Shown here in pieces: positions 56,539-64,000 of a stretch of DNA of 64,000 nucleotides (position 1 is the stretch's first letter; every line of letters starts with the position of its first letter). Source of the DNA: Candidatus Arcticimaribacter sp. (GTDB lineage Bacteria > Bacteroidota > Bacteroidia > Flavobacteriales > Flavobacteriaceae); assembly GCA_965655585.1 (NCBI GenBank), contig CBFHHG010000001.1, forward strand, positions 68,630 to 132,629. The letters run 5' to 3'. The notes beneath the pieces are model-generated. The model saw only the letters and a program-made list of their open reading frames with translations. It did no database searches and had not been told where the DNA came from. Position numbers and translations under genes: made by a program.

Positions 56539-56564
56539 AAATGTAATGGTTAGTCGTTTTAAAT

Positions 56565-57053
56565 TTAGTTTTTCGTGTCAAAAGGAAGTTCTGTTTGAAA
56601 AGGAAATCCTTCCTTTTCTAGGAGCCATTTTTTCTTGTCTAGTCCAGATGCAAAGCCTACCAAACTTCCGTTACTTCCAATAACACGATGACATGGTACT
56701 GCCACCAAGATAGGGTTTTTTCCTATAGCTGCTGCAACTGCTCGAACAGCTTTGGTGTTACCGTATATTTGCGCTACTTCTAAATAGGGAAGTGTTTTTC
56801 CGAAAGGAATTGTCAGGAGAATCTTCCAAACCTGTTTTTGAAATTCAGTCCCTTTTGGATTCATCAGAAAAGTAAATGTCGTTCGATTCCCCTCAATATA
56901 TTCTTTAAGTTGTTTTACACTTGCCTCAAGAACCTTTGGAATAGACTGCTTTTTTATCGGCTGTTCTTCTTGAATACTAAGGGTCTGAACACCTTCAACA
57001 TCTCCTGTTATTTCGATTATCCCTAAAGTACTTTTGAATTGAACAGATTGCAT
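56565..57053 (-). CDS. ogt: methylated-DNA--protein-cysteine methyltransferase
   Basis: The active site is VPCHRVIG, and the helix-turn-wing context is YGNTKAVRAVAAAIGKNP. Confidence 0.9.
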   Translation of the reverse strand: MQSVQFKSTLGIIEITGDVEGVQTLSIQEEQPIKKQSIPKVLEASVKQLKEYIEGNRTTFTFLMNPKGTEFQKQVWKILLTIPFGKTLPYLEVAQIYGNTKAVRAVAAAIGKNPILVAVPCHRVIGSNGSLVGFASGLDKKKWLLEKEGFPFQTELPFDTKN

Positions 57054-57129
57054 TTTTATTTGGGTTTAAAAGCATAAAGCTAATAAGAATAGATGAGTAA
57101 ACCCAAATTCAGTTCAAACGCCGTTTCGA

Positions 57130-57137
57130 TATTTTTG
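57130..57137 (+). promoter_or_regulatory. candidate -7 promoter box (TATTTTTG) for the hydroxyproline operon
   Basis: It matches TAnnTTTG and would give a leader of about 150 nt that contains the 57198-57245 hairpin. Confidence 0.3.
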
Positions 57138-57294
57138 ATTTTAGTAAAATCTTTCAGCATTATAATTTGTTGCCAGTTTAAAATATTTTAATATTACTAG
57201 TCGAATCACTACACAGCTGATCGAGTAGTGTTCAAGATTCGATTATGTCAGAAGATGATTGCTAAGGATTTTAATACTCAATATTAGAGAAAAT

Positions 57295-58215
57295 ATGATG
57301 AATTTTAAATGGCAGGGTGTCATGCCCGCTTTAACGACCCAGTTTGATGCACAGGAGCAATTGAATTTAGATGCTTTTGAATTGAATTTAGTTGCACAAA
57401 TAGAAGCGGGTGTCCACGGAATTGTTTTAGGAGGAACTTTAGGCGAAGCAAGTACATTAACCGCCGCCGAAAAAGTATTGCTACTTAAAAAAGCTCAGGA
57501 CGTTATTTCGGGTAGAATTCCAGTAATTATTAATATAGCTGAACAATCAACTGCAGATGCTATTGCAGCAGCTCAAGCAGCCGAAGCTAACGGTGCTGAT
57601 GGATTGATGTTACTCCCACCAATGCGATACAAAGCAACAGATGAAGAAACGGTTCAATATTTTGCAGCCATAGCTCAGTCGACAAAACTTCCAATCATGA
57701 TTTACAACAACCCGGTAGATTATAAGATTGAGGTAACTTTAGACATGTTCGATGAATTACAACAGTATAAAAACATTCAGGCGGTAAAAGAATCTACTCG
57801 TGACATCTCTAACGTTACCCGAATGATCAACCGTTTTGGATCACGGTATCAGATCCTATGCGGTGTAGACACCTTGGCAATGGAGAGTTTAGTTATGGGA
57901 GCCGATGGATGGGTAGCCGGATTGGTAGATGCATTTCCAAGAGAAACCGTTGCTATATTCGCCTATACCAAAGCAGGAAAAATTGATGAAGCACTAACGA
58001 TATACCGCTGGTTTTTACCTCTTTTAGAACTGGATATTTCACCTCAATTGGTGCAAAATATAAAGCAATGTGAAGTTGCAACAGGGATAGGCACGGGACA
58101 CGTTCGAAAACCTCGCCTGATATTGAAAGGAGCAGAACGCATTAGCGTTCAGAAAATAATCGACACCTCTTTGGCTACACGACCGGATTTAGGAAACTAT
58201 AAAACATGCTTATGA
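57295..58215 (+). CDS. DHDPS/NAL-family lyase, probably delta1-pyrroline-4-hydroxy-2-carboxylate deaminase
   Basis: DapA-family similarity is seen in GVMPALTTQF...GIVLGGTLGEASTL, with a Schiff-base Lys context QAVKEST. The function is assigned from operon context. I prefer the ATG at 57295. Confidence 0.75.
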   Translation: MMNFKWQGVMPALTTQFDAQEQLNLDAFELNLVAQIEAGVHGIVLGGTLGEASTLTAAEKVLLLKKAQDVISGRIPVIINIAEQSTADAIAAAQAAEANGADGLMLLPPMRYKATDEETVQYFAAIAQSTKLPIMIYNNPVDYKIEVTLDMFDELQQYKNIQAVKESTRDISNVTRMINRFGSRYQILCGVDTLAMESLVMGADGWVAGLVDAFPRETVAIFAYTKAGKIDEALTIYRWFLPLLELDISPQLVQNIKQCEVATGIGTGHVRKPRLILKGAERISVQKIIDTSLATRPDLGNYKTCL

Positions 58216-59759
58216 TTCAAGGAAAAAGTGTAATCAACGGAAAAGAAGTTCAGTCCAAAAACAAAGCTTCTTTCTTTACCTATAGTGCAGAGACTAGTAA
58301 GCAATTGCCTCAGCAGTATGACAATGCTACTTTAGAAGACATCGACTACAGTTGTGAGGTTGCAGCGCATGTATTTGCGGAGTATGCAGCAACCAGTTCG
58401 ACAAAACGTGCAGCTTTTTTATTACAAATTAAAACAGAACTGGAGCAAAATAAAGCTGCTATCCTTGCCCAATATCAGATAGAATCGGGCTATCCAGATG
58501 GTAGAGCCCAAGGAGAGTTTATGCGTACATTAGGGCAGATTCAAAGTTTTGCTGATTTATTAAATGAAGGCTCTTATGTAAAAGCAATTTTGGATGTAGG
58601 CATCGAAGGGGTTCCCGATTTACGTAAAATGCACTTCCCGATTGGACCAGTTGTTGTTTTTGGAGCCAGTAATTTTCCATTGGCTTTTTCAACCGCAGGA
58701 GGGGATACCATTTCTGCTCTAGCAGCAGGCTGCCCTGTAATTCTAAAAGGACATCCCTACCACGCAGGCACAAGCGAATTGGTAGCTCAAGCCATTCAGA
58801 CTGCGATACATAAAAGTGGTCTTCCTGCTGGAGTTTTTGCACACTTGCATGGCGAATCAATTGGAGTTGGTCAACGTTTGGTTGAGCATCCCAGTGTCAA
58901 AGCTGTTGGTTTTACTGGAAGTTATAAGGCTGGAAAAGCACTCTATGATATCACTCAAAAAAGAAGAGAACCCATTCCTATGTTTGCCGAAATGGGCAGT
59001 GTAAACCCTGTTTTTATTTTACCGAATCGTTTGGCCTCAGACAAATCACTAGCGGTTGCCCTCGCCAATTCTATTCAAATGGGTACAGGGCAATTCTGTA
59101 CCAATCCGGGATTAATAATCTTCAGTGGGCAAGCTTCAACTTCTTTTGTCGATCAGCTGGCTTCAGAGATTCTAAAGGGTGAGCCTACTGCTATGGTACA
59201 TCCCAATATCAGTAGAAATTACGAACATCAATTACAACATTTAAAAAACCAAGGGGTAACGATTCACAGAGGGAGTCTAGAGGCTAATTGTCCAGCTTTG
59301 GGGGTTATTTCTGCTGAAGAGGTTTTGAAAAATACAAATATTTTGGAAGAGGTTTTCGGACCTTCTAGCTTGGCTATTCATTGCGCAACAACGGAAGAAT
59401 TACACGCAATTGCCGAAGTTCTTCCTGGACAATTAACCGCAACGATTCTAGGAGAAGCTGAAGAACTAAACGACAACAAACAACTGCTTGACACGGTTCA
59501 ACAAAAAGCGGGTCGTTTGCTCTTCAAAGGTGTGCCTACTGGAGTTGCTGTTACACCTTCAATGAATCATGGTGGGCCTTTTCCTGCTTCTACCGACAGT
59601 CGTTTTACATCTGTTGGAACCTCGGCAATTGAACGTTGGCTTAGGCCTGTATGTTTTCAAGATTGCCCTCGGCAATTACTTCCAGAGGCTTTGAAAGATG
59701 AAAACCCATTGCAGATTTTTCGAAGCTTAAACAAGCAACTTACAAAATCTACAGTATGA
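58206..59759 (+). CDS. aldehyde dehydrogenase, alpha-ketoglutaric semialdehyde dehydrogenase-like
   Basis: The ALDH catalytic Cys is in GTGQFCTNPG and the Glu in FAEMGSVNP. The start is 58206, or 58212 with an ATGA overlap on the upstream stop. Confidence 0.8.
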   Translation: MLMIQGKSVINGKEVQSKNKASFFTYSAETSKQLPQQYDNATLEDIDYSCEVAAHVFAEYAATSSTKRAAFLLQIKTELEQNKAAILAQYQIESGYPDGRAQGEFMRTLGQIQSFADLLNEGSYVKAILDVGIEGVPDLRKMHFPIGPVVVFGASNFPLAFSTAGGDTISALAAGCPVILKGHPYHAGTSELVAQAIQTAIHKSGLPAGVFAHLHGESIGVGQRLVEHPSVKAVGFTGSYKAGKALYDITQKRREPIPMFAEMGSVNPVFILPNRLASDKSLAVALANSIQMGTGQFCTNPGLIIFSGQASTSFVDQLASEILKGEPTAMVHPNISRNYEHQLQHLKNQGVTIHRGSLEANCPALGVISAEEVLKNTNILEEVFGPSSLAIHCATTEELHAIAEVLPGQLTATILGEAEELNDNKQLLDTVQQKAGRLLFKGVPTGVAVTPSMNHGGPFPASTDSRFTSVGTSAIERWLRPVCFQDCPRQLLPEALKDENPLQIFRSLNKQLTKSTV

Positions 59760-61474
59760 AAAGACTAATCTATATCGTTCTTTGTTTAGCCCTCAGTCTG
59801 GGCTGTTCTTCAATTGTTGAAGATCAACTAGTGCTACAAGAATGCATTGATCAATACGAAGCGTATGATTCTTATGATAGAGATGCCTTTCCTTTAGGTG
59901 ATCATACCGAAGAGCGTTATCAAGCCGACTATGATTTTTATGGAACCTTACTTGAAAAAATGGCTGGGATAGCAGAAGCTAAACTTACTTCTGAAGGTCG
60001 AATTTCATTAAAACTTTTAAAGTTTTTAGTAGAAGATCACCGAGCAAATTTTGAATTCAAAACCCACCTGAATCCCTTATTATCCGATTCGGGTTTCCAT
60101 AATAGTTTGGTCTACCGTGTTCGTACTCTGACTTCAAAAAAACAAAGTATCGACTACCTCAAAATGCTACAGGCTATTCCAGTGTTTGTGGATCAAAACC
60201 TTATTTTATTAAAAAAGGGGCTTGAATCGGGTGTATCTCAACCCTTAATTATTTTTGAGGGATATGAAAGTAGCTATGATAAACACATTACAGAAACGGT
60301 TGAGGATAATTTTTATTTTTCACCCTTTAAAAATCTTCCTGATCAATTTTCTTCCAATGAAAAGGATTCAATACTTGGTGTTGCGCATGCCACTATTAAA
60401 AAAGATGTGATCCCTTCTTTTCAGAAAATTAAATCCTTTTTTGAAACTGAATATTACCCTCAAACTAGAAAAGCTATTGGGGTTAGCCAAACACCAAACG
60501 GAGCAGCCTTTTACAAAGACAGGATAGCCTATTATACTACTTTGGGTATGACTGCCGAAGCGGTACATCAATTGGGATTGAACGAGGTTGCTAAGATTAA
60601 AAATGCCATGGAGTCGATTATTGAGGAAGTTGACTTTCAAGGAAGTTTCGAAGACTTTTTTGCTTTCTTAAGATCGGATGAGCAATTTTATGCGCAATCG
60701 GGAGACGAACTTTTGATGCGCGCTCGTGATATTGCAAAACGCTTGGATGAGCAACTCCCTAAATTTTTTAAAACCTTACCCCGAACCCCTTATGGAGTTG
60801 CAGCTGTTCCCGATGCAATTGCACCAAAGTATACTGGAGGACGGTATATTCCTACCCGTCCCAACAGTACAAATCCTGGGTATTATTGGGTCAATACGTA
60901 CAACTTACCCAGTCGTCCCTTATACGTACTTCCGGCACTTACTGCCCACGAAGCAGTTCCCGGACATCACTTACAAATGTCCTTAAATTCTGAGTTATCA
61001 ACCGAAATCCCAAGCTTTAGAAGATCCCTCTATTTGTCTGCCTACGGAGAAGGATGGGGTCTGTATACAGAAGCACTCGCTGGAGAAATGGGCATATATA
61101 CAACACCTTACGAGCGTTTTGGTCAGCTTACTTATTCTATGTGGCGGGCTTGTCGTTTGGTTGTTGATACTGGAATTCACGCTTTTGGATGGAGTAAAGA
61201 ACAAGCAGTTGAATTTATGACTGCAAACACAGCCCTTTCTTTTCATGAAATTAATACCGAGGTAGATCGTTACATTTCTTGGCCAGGTCAAGCCTTGGCT
61301 TATAAGGTTGGAGAATTGAAAATATCTGAGCTCAGACAAAAAGCAGAAGACGCTCTTGGAGATCAATTTGATATTCGAGAATTTCACAACATTATTTTAC
61401 AAAAAGGAACCCTAACCCTTCCACTAATGGAAGAAGAAGTAACAGCCTATATTAAGCATGAATTGAATGAGTAG
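59756..61474 (+). CDS. DUF885 family lipoprotein (putative metallopeptidase-like)
   Basis: The lipobox is LALSLGC. The DUF885 hallmark is TAHEAVPGHHLQ...YGEGWGLY. It shares an ATGA overlap with the upstream gene. Confidence 0.8.
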   Translation: MKRLIYIVLCLALSLGCSSIVEDQLVLQECIDQYEAYDSYDRDAFPLGDHTEERYQADYDFYGTLLEKMAGIAEAKLTSEGRISLKLLKFLVEDHRANFEFKTHLNPLLSDSGFHNSLVYRVRTLTSKKQSIDYLKMLQAIPVFVDQNLILLKKGLESGVSQPLIIFEGYESSYDKHITETVEDNFYFSPFKNLPDQFSSNEKDSILGVAHATIKKDVIPSFQKIKSFFETEYYPQTRKAIGVSQTPNGAAFYKDRIAYYTTLGMTAEAVHQLGLNEVAKIKNAMESIIEEVDFQGSFEDFFAFLRSDEQFYAQSGDELLMRARDIAKRLDEQLPKFFKTLPRTPYGVAAVPDAIAPKYTGGRYIPTRPNSTNPGYYWVNTYNLPSRPLYVLPALTAHEAVPGHHLQMSLNSELSTEIPSFRRSLYLSAYGEGWGLYTEALAGEMGIYTTPYERFGQLTYSMWRACRLVVDTGIHAFGWSKEQAVEFMTANTALSFHEINTEVDRYISWPGQALAYKVGELKISELRQKAEDALGDQFDIREFHNIILQKGTLTLPLMEEEVTAYIKHELNE

Positions 61475-62471
61475 TATTACAAAATTCAGTTGTATTGACG
61501 GCAATACGGCTGGTAATCCTGTTCGTGTTGTAACGTCACCGACGCCAAAACTTGAAGGGAATACCATGATGGAAAAACGACTTCATTTTCTTAAAGAATT
61601 TGATTGGATTCGTAAAGGCTTGATGTTTGAGCCCAGAGGGCACGATATGATGAGTGGAAGTTTTTTCTTTCCTCCACAGCATCCCTTAAACGATGTCGCC
61701 GTTTTATTTATTGAAACGAGTGGATGCTTACCCATGTGTGGTCATGGCCTGATTGGAACCATCACGATTTTAATTGAACAGAAGTTAGTTTTACCAAAAG
61801 AAAAGGGTGTCCTTAGGGTAGAAACACCAGCTGGATTAATAACTGCGTCATATACCCAAGAAGCCGATAAAGTTACTGCAGTTAAATTTACGAACATCGC
61901 CTCTTTTCTCTATGCTTCGGGTCTTGAAGTACAGCACCCAGTATTGGGGAACTTAAAAGTTGATGTAGCCTACGGAGGAAATTTTTATGCGATTGTAGAT
62001 CCTCAAGAAAACTTTAAGGGTATTGAAGATTATACAGCAGGAAAATTAATTGATTACAGCAAATCCTTACGGACTTTGATCAATGAGTTACAAGAATTTG
62101 TTCATCCAGAGGATTCGAATATTCAAGGATGCAGTCATGTTTTATGGGCAGGGAAAATACTTGATAAAACATCCACAGCTCGTAATGCTGTATTTTATGG
62201 AGAAAAAGCAATCGATCGTTCTCCTTGCGGAACCGGTACTTCGGCACGGATGGCCCAATGGTTTGCACAAGACAAACTAAAGCTTGGATCGAATTTTATT
62301 CACGAAAGTATTATTGGTTCTATCTTTAAGGGAACAGTAGAACAAAAAACAACAGTTGGTCCCTTTTCAGCAATTGTGCCTAGCATCGAAGGTAGCGCGC
62401 GTATAACAGGGTACAACACCATCCTTATTGATTCTGAAGACCCCTATGCAACAGGATTTCAAGTTATTTGA
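61467..62471 (+). CDS. proline racemase family protein, probably 4-hydroxyproline 2-epimerase
   Basis: Both catalytic Cys contexts are present: SGCLPMCGHGLIG and DRSPCGTGTSA. It overlaps the DUF885 gene by 8 nt. Confidence 0.8.
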   Translation: MSSITKFSCIDGNTAGNPVRVVTSPTPKLEGNTMMEKRLHFLKEFDWIRKGLMFEPRGHDMMSGSFFFPPQHPLNDVAVLFIETSGCLPMCGHGLIGTITILIEQKLVLPKEKGVLRVETPAGLITASYTQEADKVTAVKFTNIASFLYASGLEVQHPVLGNLKVDVAYGGNFYAIVDPQENFKGIEDYTAGKLIDYSKSLRTLINELQEFVHPEDSNIQGCSHVLWAGKILDKTSTARNAVFYGEKAIDRSPCGTGTSARMAQWFAQDKLKLGSNFIHESIIGSIFKGTVEQKTTVGPFSAIVPSIEGSARITGYNTILIDSEDPYATGFQVI

Positions 62472-62477
62472 TTTGAT

Positions 62478-63731
62478 ATGAAAAAGAAAGTAGTCGTAAT
62501 CGGAGGAGGGATTGTAGGTCTATCTACCGCATTTTATTTGAGAGCAGAAGGACATGAAGTGGTTGTATTGGATAAGGGAACCCTTTCAGAAGGAGCTTCT
62601 TTCGTCAATGCAGGATATTTAACGCCAAGTCATATCATTCCCCTCGCTGCGCCAGGAATGATTTCTAAAGGGTTGAAGTGGATGTTCAATTCTTCCAGCC
62701 CTTTTTACATCAAACCCCGATTAGATGCTGATTTAATTTCCTGGGGTTGGAAATTCATGCGTTCCTGTTCTAAGGCCCATGTCCAACGTTCGTTATCTGT
62801 AATAAAAGACATCAATGTATTGAGTAAAGATTTGTATCACGAAATGCACCAATCCATGGATTTTGATTTCCATTTGGAAGATCGTGGTGTATTGATGGCT
62901 TTTAAAACGGCAAAGGCAGAAAAGGAAGAATTTTCTGTAATGCAAGCTGCCCAAGACTTGGGATTGGATGTTTCTTTGATTGGGCAGGATGAGGTCAATC
63001 AACTGCAGCCTGGGGTTACAATGAATATTGCTGGGGCGTATCATTACCGTTGTGATGCTCATACAACTCCGGGAGTTTTTATGCATCAGTTACGCGACAA
63101 TATACTCACCAATGGAGTTTCTGTTCACACAAAAACTACTGTAAACGGATTTGAAGTTGTCAACAATCAAATTAAAAAAGTACAAACCGATCAAGGAGAT
63201 TTTGAGGCAGATGAAGTTGTTTTTGCCGCAGGAGCCTGGACAGAAAAACTCCTAAAGCCTTTAAAAATTGCACTCTCTATTCAGGCAGGAAAAGGATACC
63301 GCATCAATGTAGAGGCACCAACTGGAATTACAATGCCGGCTATACTGATGGAATCAAAAGTAGCGGTAACCCCCATGCAGGGATTCACTCGTTTTTCGGG
63401 AACGATGGAGATTGCAGGAATTAACAACAGCATTCGGAGGAATCGAGTGCAGGCCATCGCCCAAGCATCGAGTCGGTATTATCAAGGAATAGCGATTGCG
63501 AAAGAAGATCAAGAACAGGCTCATTGTGGCTTGCGACCACTGTCTCCAGATGGATTACCGTTTATTGGAAGACATTCTTCTTGCTCTAATTTGGTTCTGG
63601 CAACAGGTCATGCCATGATGGGTTGGAGTTTAGGTCCAGGAACTGGGAAATTAGTGTCTGAAATTATTTCGGGTAAAAAAACATCCATGGACCTAACTGC
63701 CTTTGCACCTGAACGAAAGTACGGACTATAG
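62478..63731 (+). CDS. FAD-dependent oxidoreductase (DAO family), probably D-hydroxyproline dehydrogenase
   Basis: The dinucleotide fold VVVIGGGIVGLSTAFYL is present with a DAO-like C-terminus. The function is assigned from operon context. Confidence 0.75.
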   Translation: MKKKVVVIGGGIVGLSTAFYLRAEGHEVVVLDKGTLSEGASFVNAGYLTPSHIIPLAAPGMISKGLKWMFNSSSPFYIKPRLDADLISWGWKFMRSCSKAHVQRSLSVIKDINVLSKDLYHEMHQSMDFDFHLEDRGVLMAFKTAKAEKEEFSVMQAAQDLGLDVSLIGQDEVNQLQPGVTMNIAGAYHYRCDAHTTPGVFMHQLRDNILTNGVSVHTKTTVNGFEVVNNQIKKVQTDQGDFEADEVVFAAGAWTEKLLKPLKIALSIQAGKGYRINVEAPTGITMPAILMESKVAVTPMQGFTRFSGTMEIAGINNSIRRNRVQAIAQASSRYYQGIAIAKEDQEQAHCGLRPLSPDGLPFIGRHSSCSNLVLATGHAMMGWSLGPGTGKLVSEIISGKKTSMDLTAFAPERKYGL

Positions 63732-64000
63732 CTTATAGGCAATACCGCCAGCAAGTGCTGGTGCTTTATAAATGTTTTTTCCACTCAACGGAATACTATA
63801 CCCAAAGGAAGCGCTCCATTTTTTTGTTATAAAACAATTGATTTCTCCACCCAAATTGGTGACTTCAACATTATTTGCAAAAATACTACCGTTACTATTT
63901 TCGGCAGATAAAGAACCATTGAAAAAAGATTGAATCGTATTCAGGCGTGCCAAAAGCAAGAATTTATTTTTAAAAAGCTGAGACCCTGTTTCAAACCCCA
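63726..64000 (-). CDS. C-terminal part of an outer-membrane beta-barrel-like protein; the gene runs off the right edge
   Basis: The reverse-strand frame is open from 64000 to the stop at 63726. The C-terminus ...YKAPALAGGIAYKL has an alternating beta pattern. The ATG at 63959 in the ORF track is internal. Confidence 0.45.
   Translation of the reverse strand, partial: GFETGSQLFKNKFLLLARLNTIQSFFNGSLSAENSNGSIFANNVEVTNLGGEINCFITKKWSASFGYSIPLSGKNIYKAPALAGGIAYKL

Noticed and set aside
57093-57191. 32-aa hydrophobic ORF (MSKPKFSSNAVSIFLILVKSFSIIICCQFKIF) in the ogt/Hyp intergenic region
   Set aside because: It starts upstream of the only candidate promoter box, has no supporting features, and sits in AT-rich sequence where such ORFs arise by chance.
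1-64000. Scan for CRISPR arrays, rRNA, IS elements or transposases, toxin-antitoxin pairs and long tandem repeats
   Set aside because: None was recognised by eye. The only repeat-like structures are the short palindromes and hairpins listed above. An exhaustive repeat search was not possible without tools.

Overview
This is a 64-kb chromosomal segment that looks like a Flavobacteriia (Bacteroidota) genome. The pointers are the gldE-gldD gliding-motility pair downstream of mutY-ssb, a 29-aa bTHX ribosomal protein gene, many lipoprotein/OM-type signal peptides, DUF3078, DUF5916 and DUF885 type proteins, TAnnTTTG-type -7 promoter boxes and no Shine-Dalgarno sequences. I call about 62 protein genes, two of them below the ORF-track size cut-off and two cut by the window edges, plus one tRNA-Asn(GTT). 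I saw no rRNA, CRISPR array, IS element, integrase, prophage or recognisable defence system. Most of the content is housekeeping: RNase G, HU, MutY, SSB, M16 peptidases, thiolase, GalE, GlpD/GlpK, RseP, FeoAB, PepP, SdhCAB, GlyRS, Xth and Ogt. The best candidates for unexplained biology are listed here in order of interest. (1) A tightly packed minus-strand operon at 16166-19991 encodes an SsuD-like flavin monooxygenase, a Na+/solute symporter, an unknown lipoprotein and a cupin. It has no FMN reductase or ABC importer and sits directly downstream of an autoregulated-looking XRE/membrane-protein pair. (2) A translationally coupled hydroxyproline catabolic operon at 57295-63731 carries an exported DUF885 lipoprotein in its middle and a structured leader, but no regulator or transporter. 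(3) An overlapping ogt, serine hydrolase, PolB-like exonuclease and orphan tandem ABC ATPase operon lies at 53002-57053. (4) An orphan terminator and a 340-nt non-coding gap upstream of galE could hold a small RNA. All family assignments come from motif and sequence recognition by eye; no searches or folding calculations were run.
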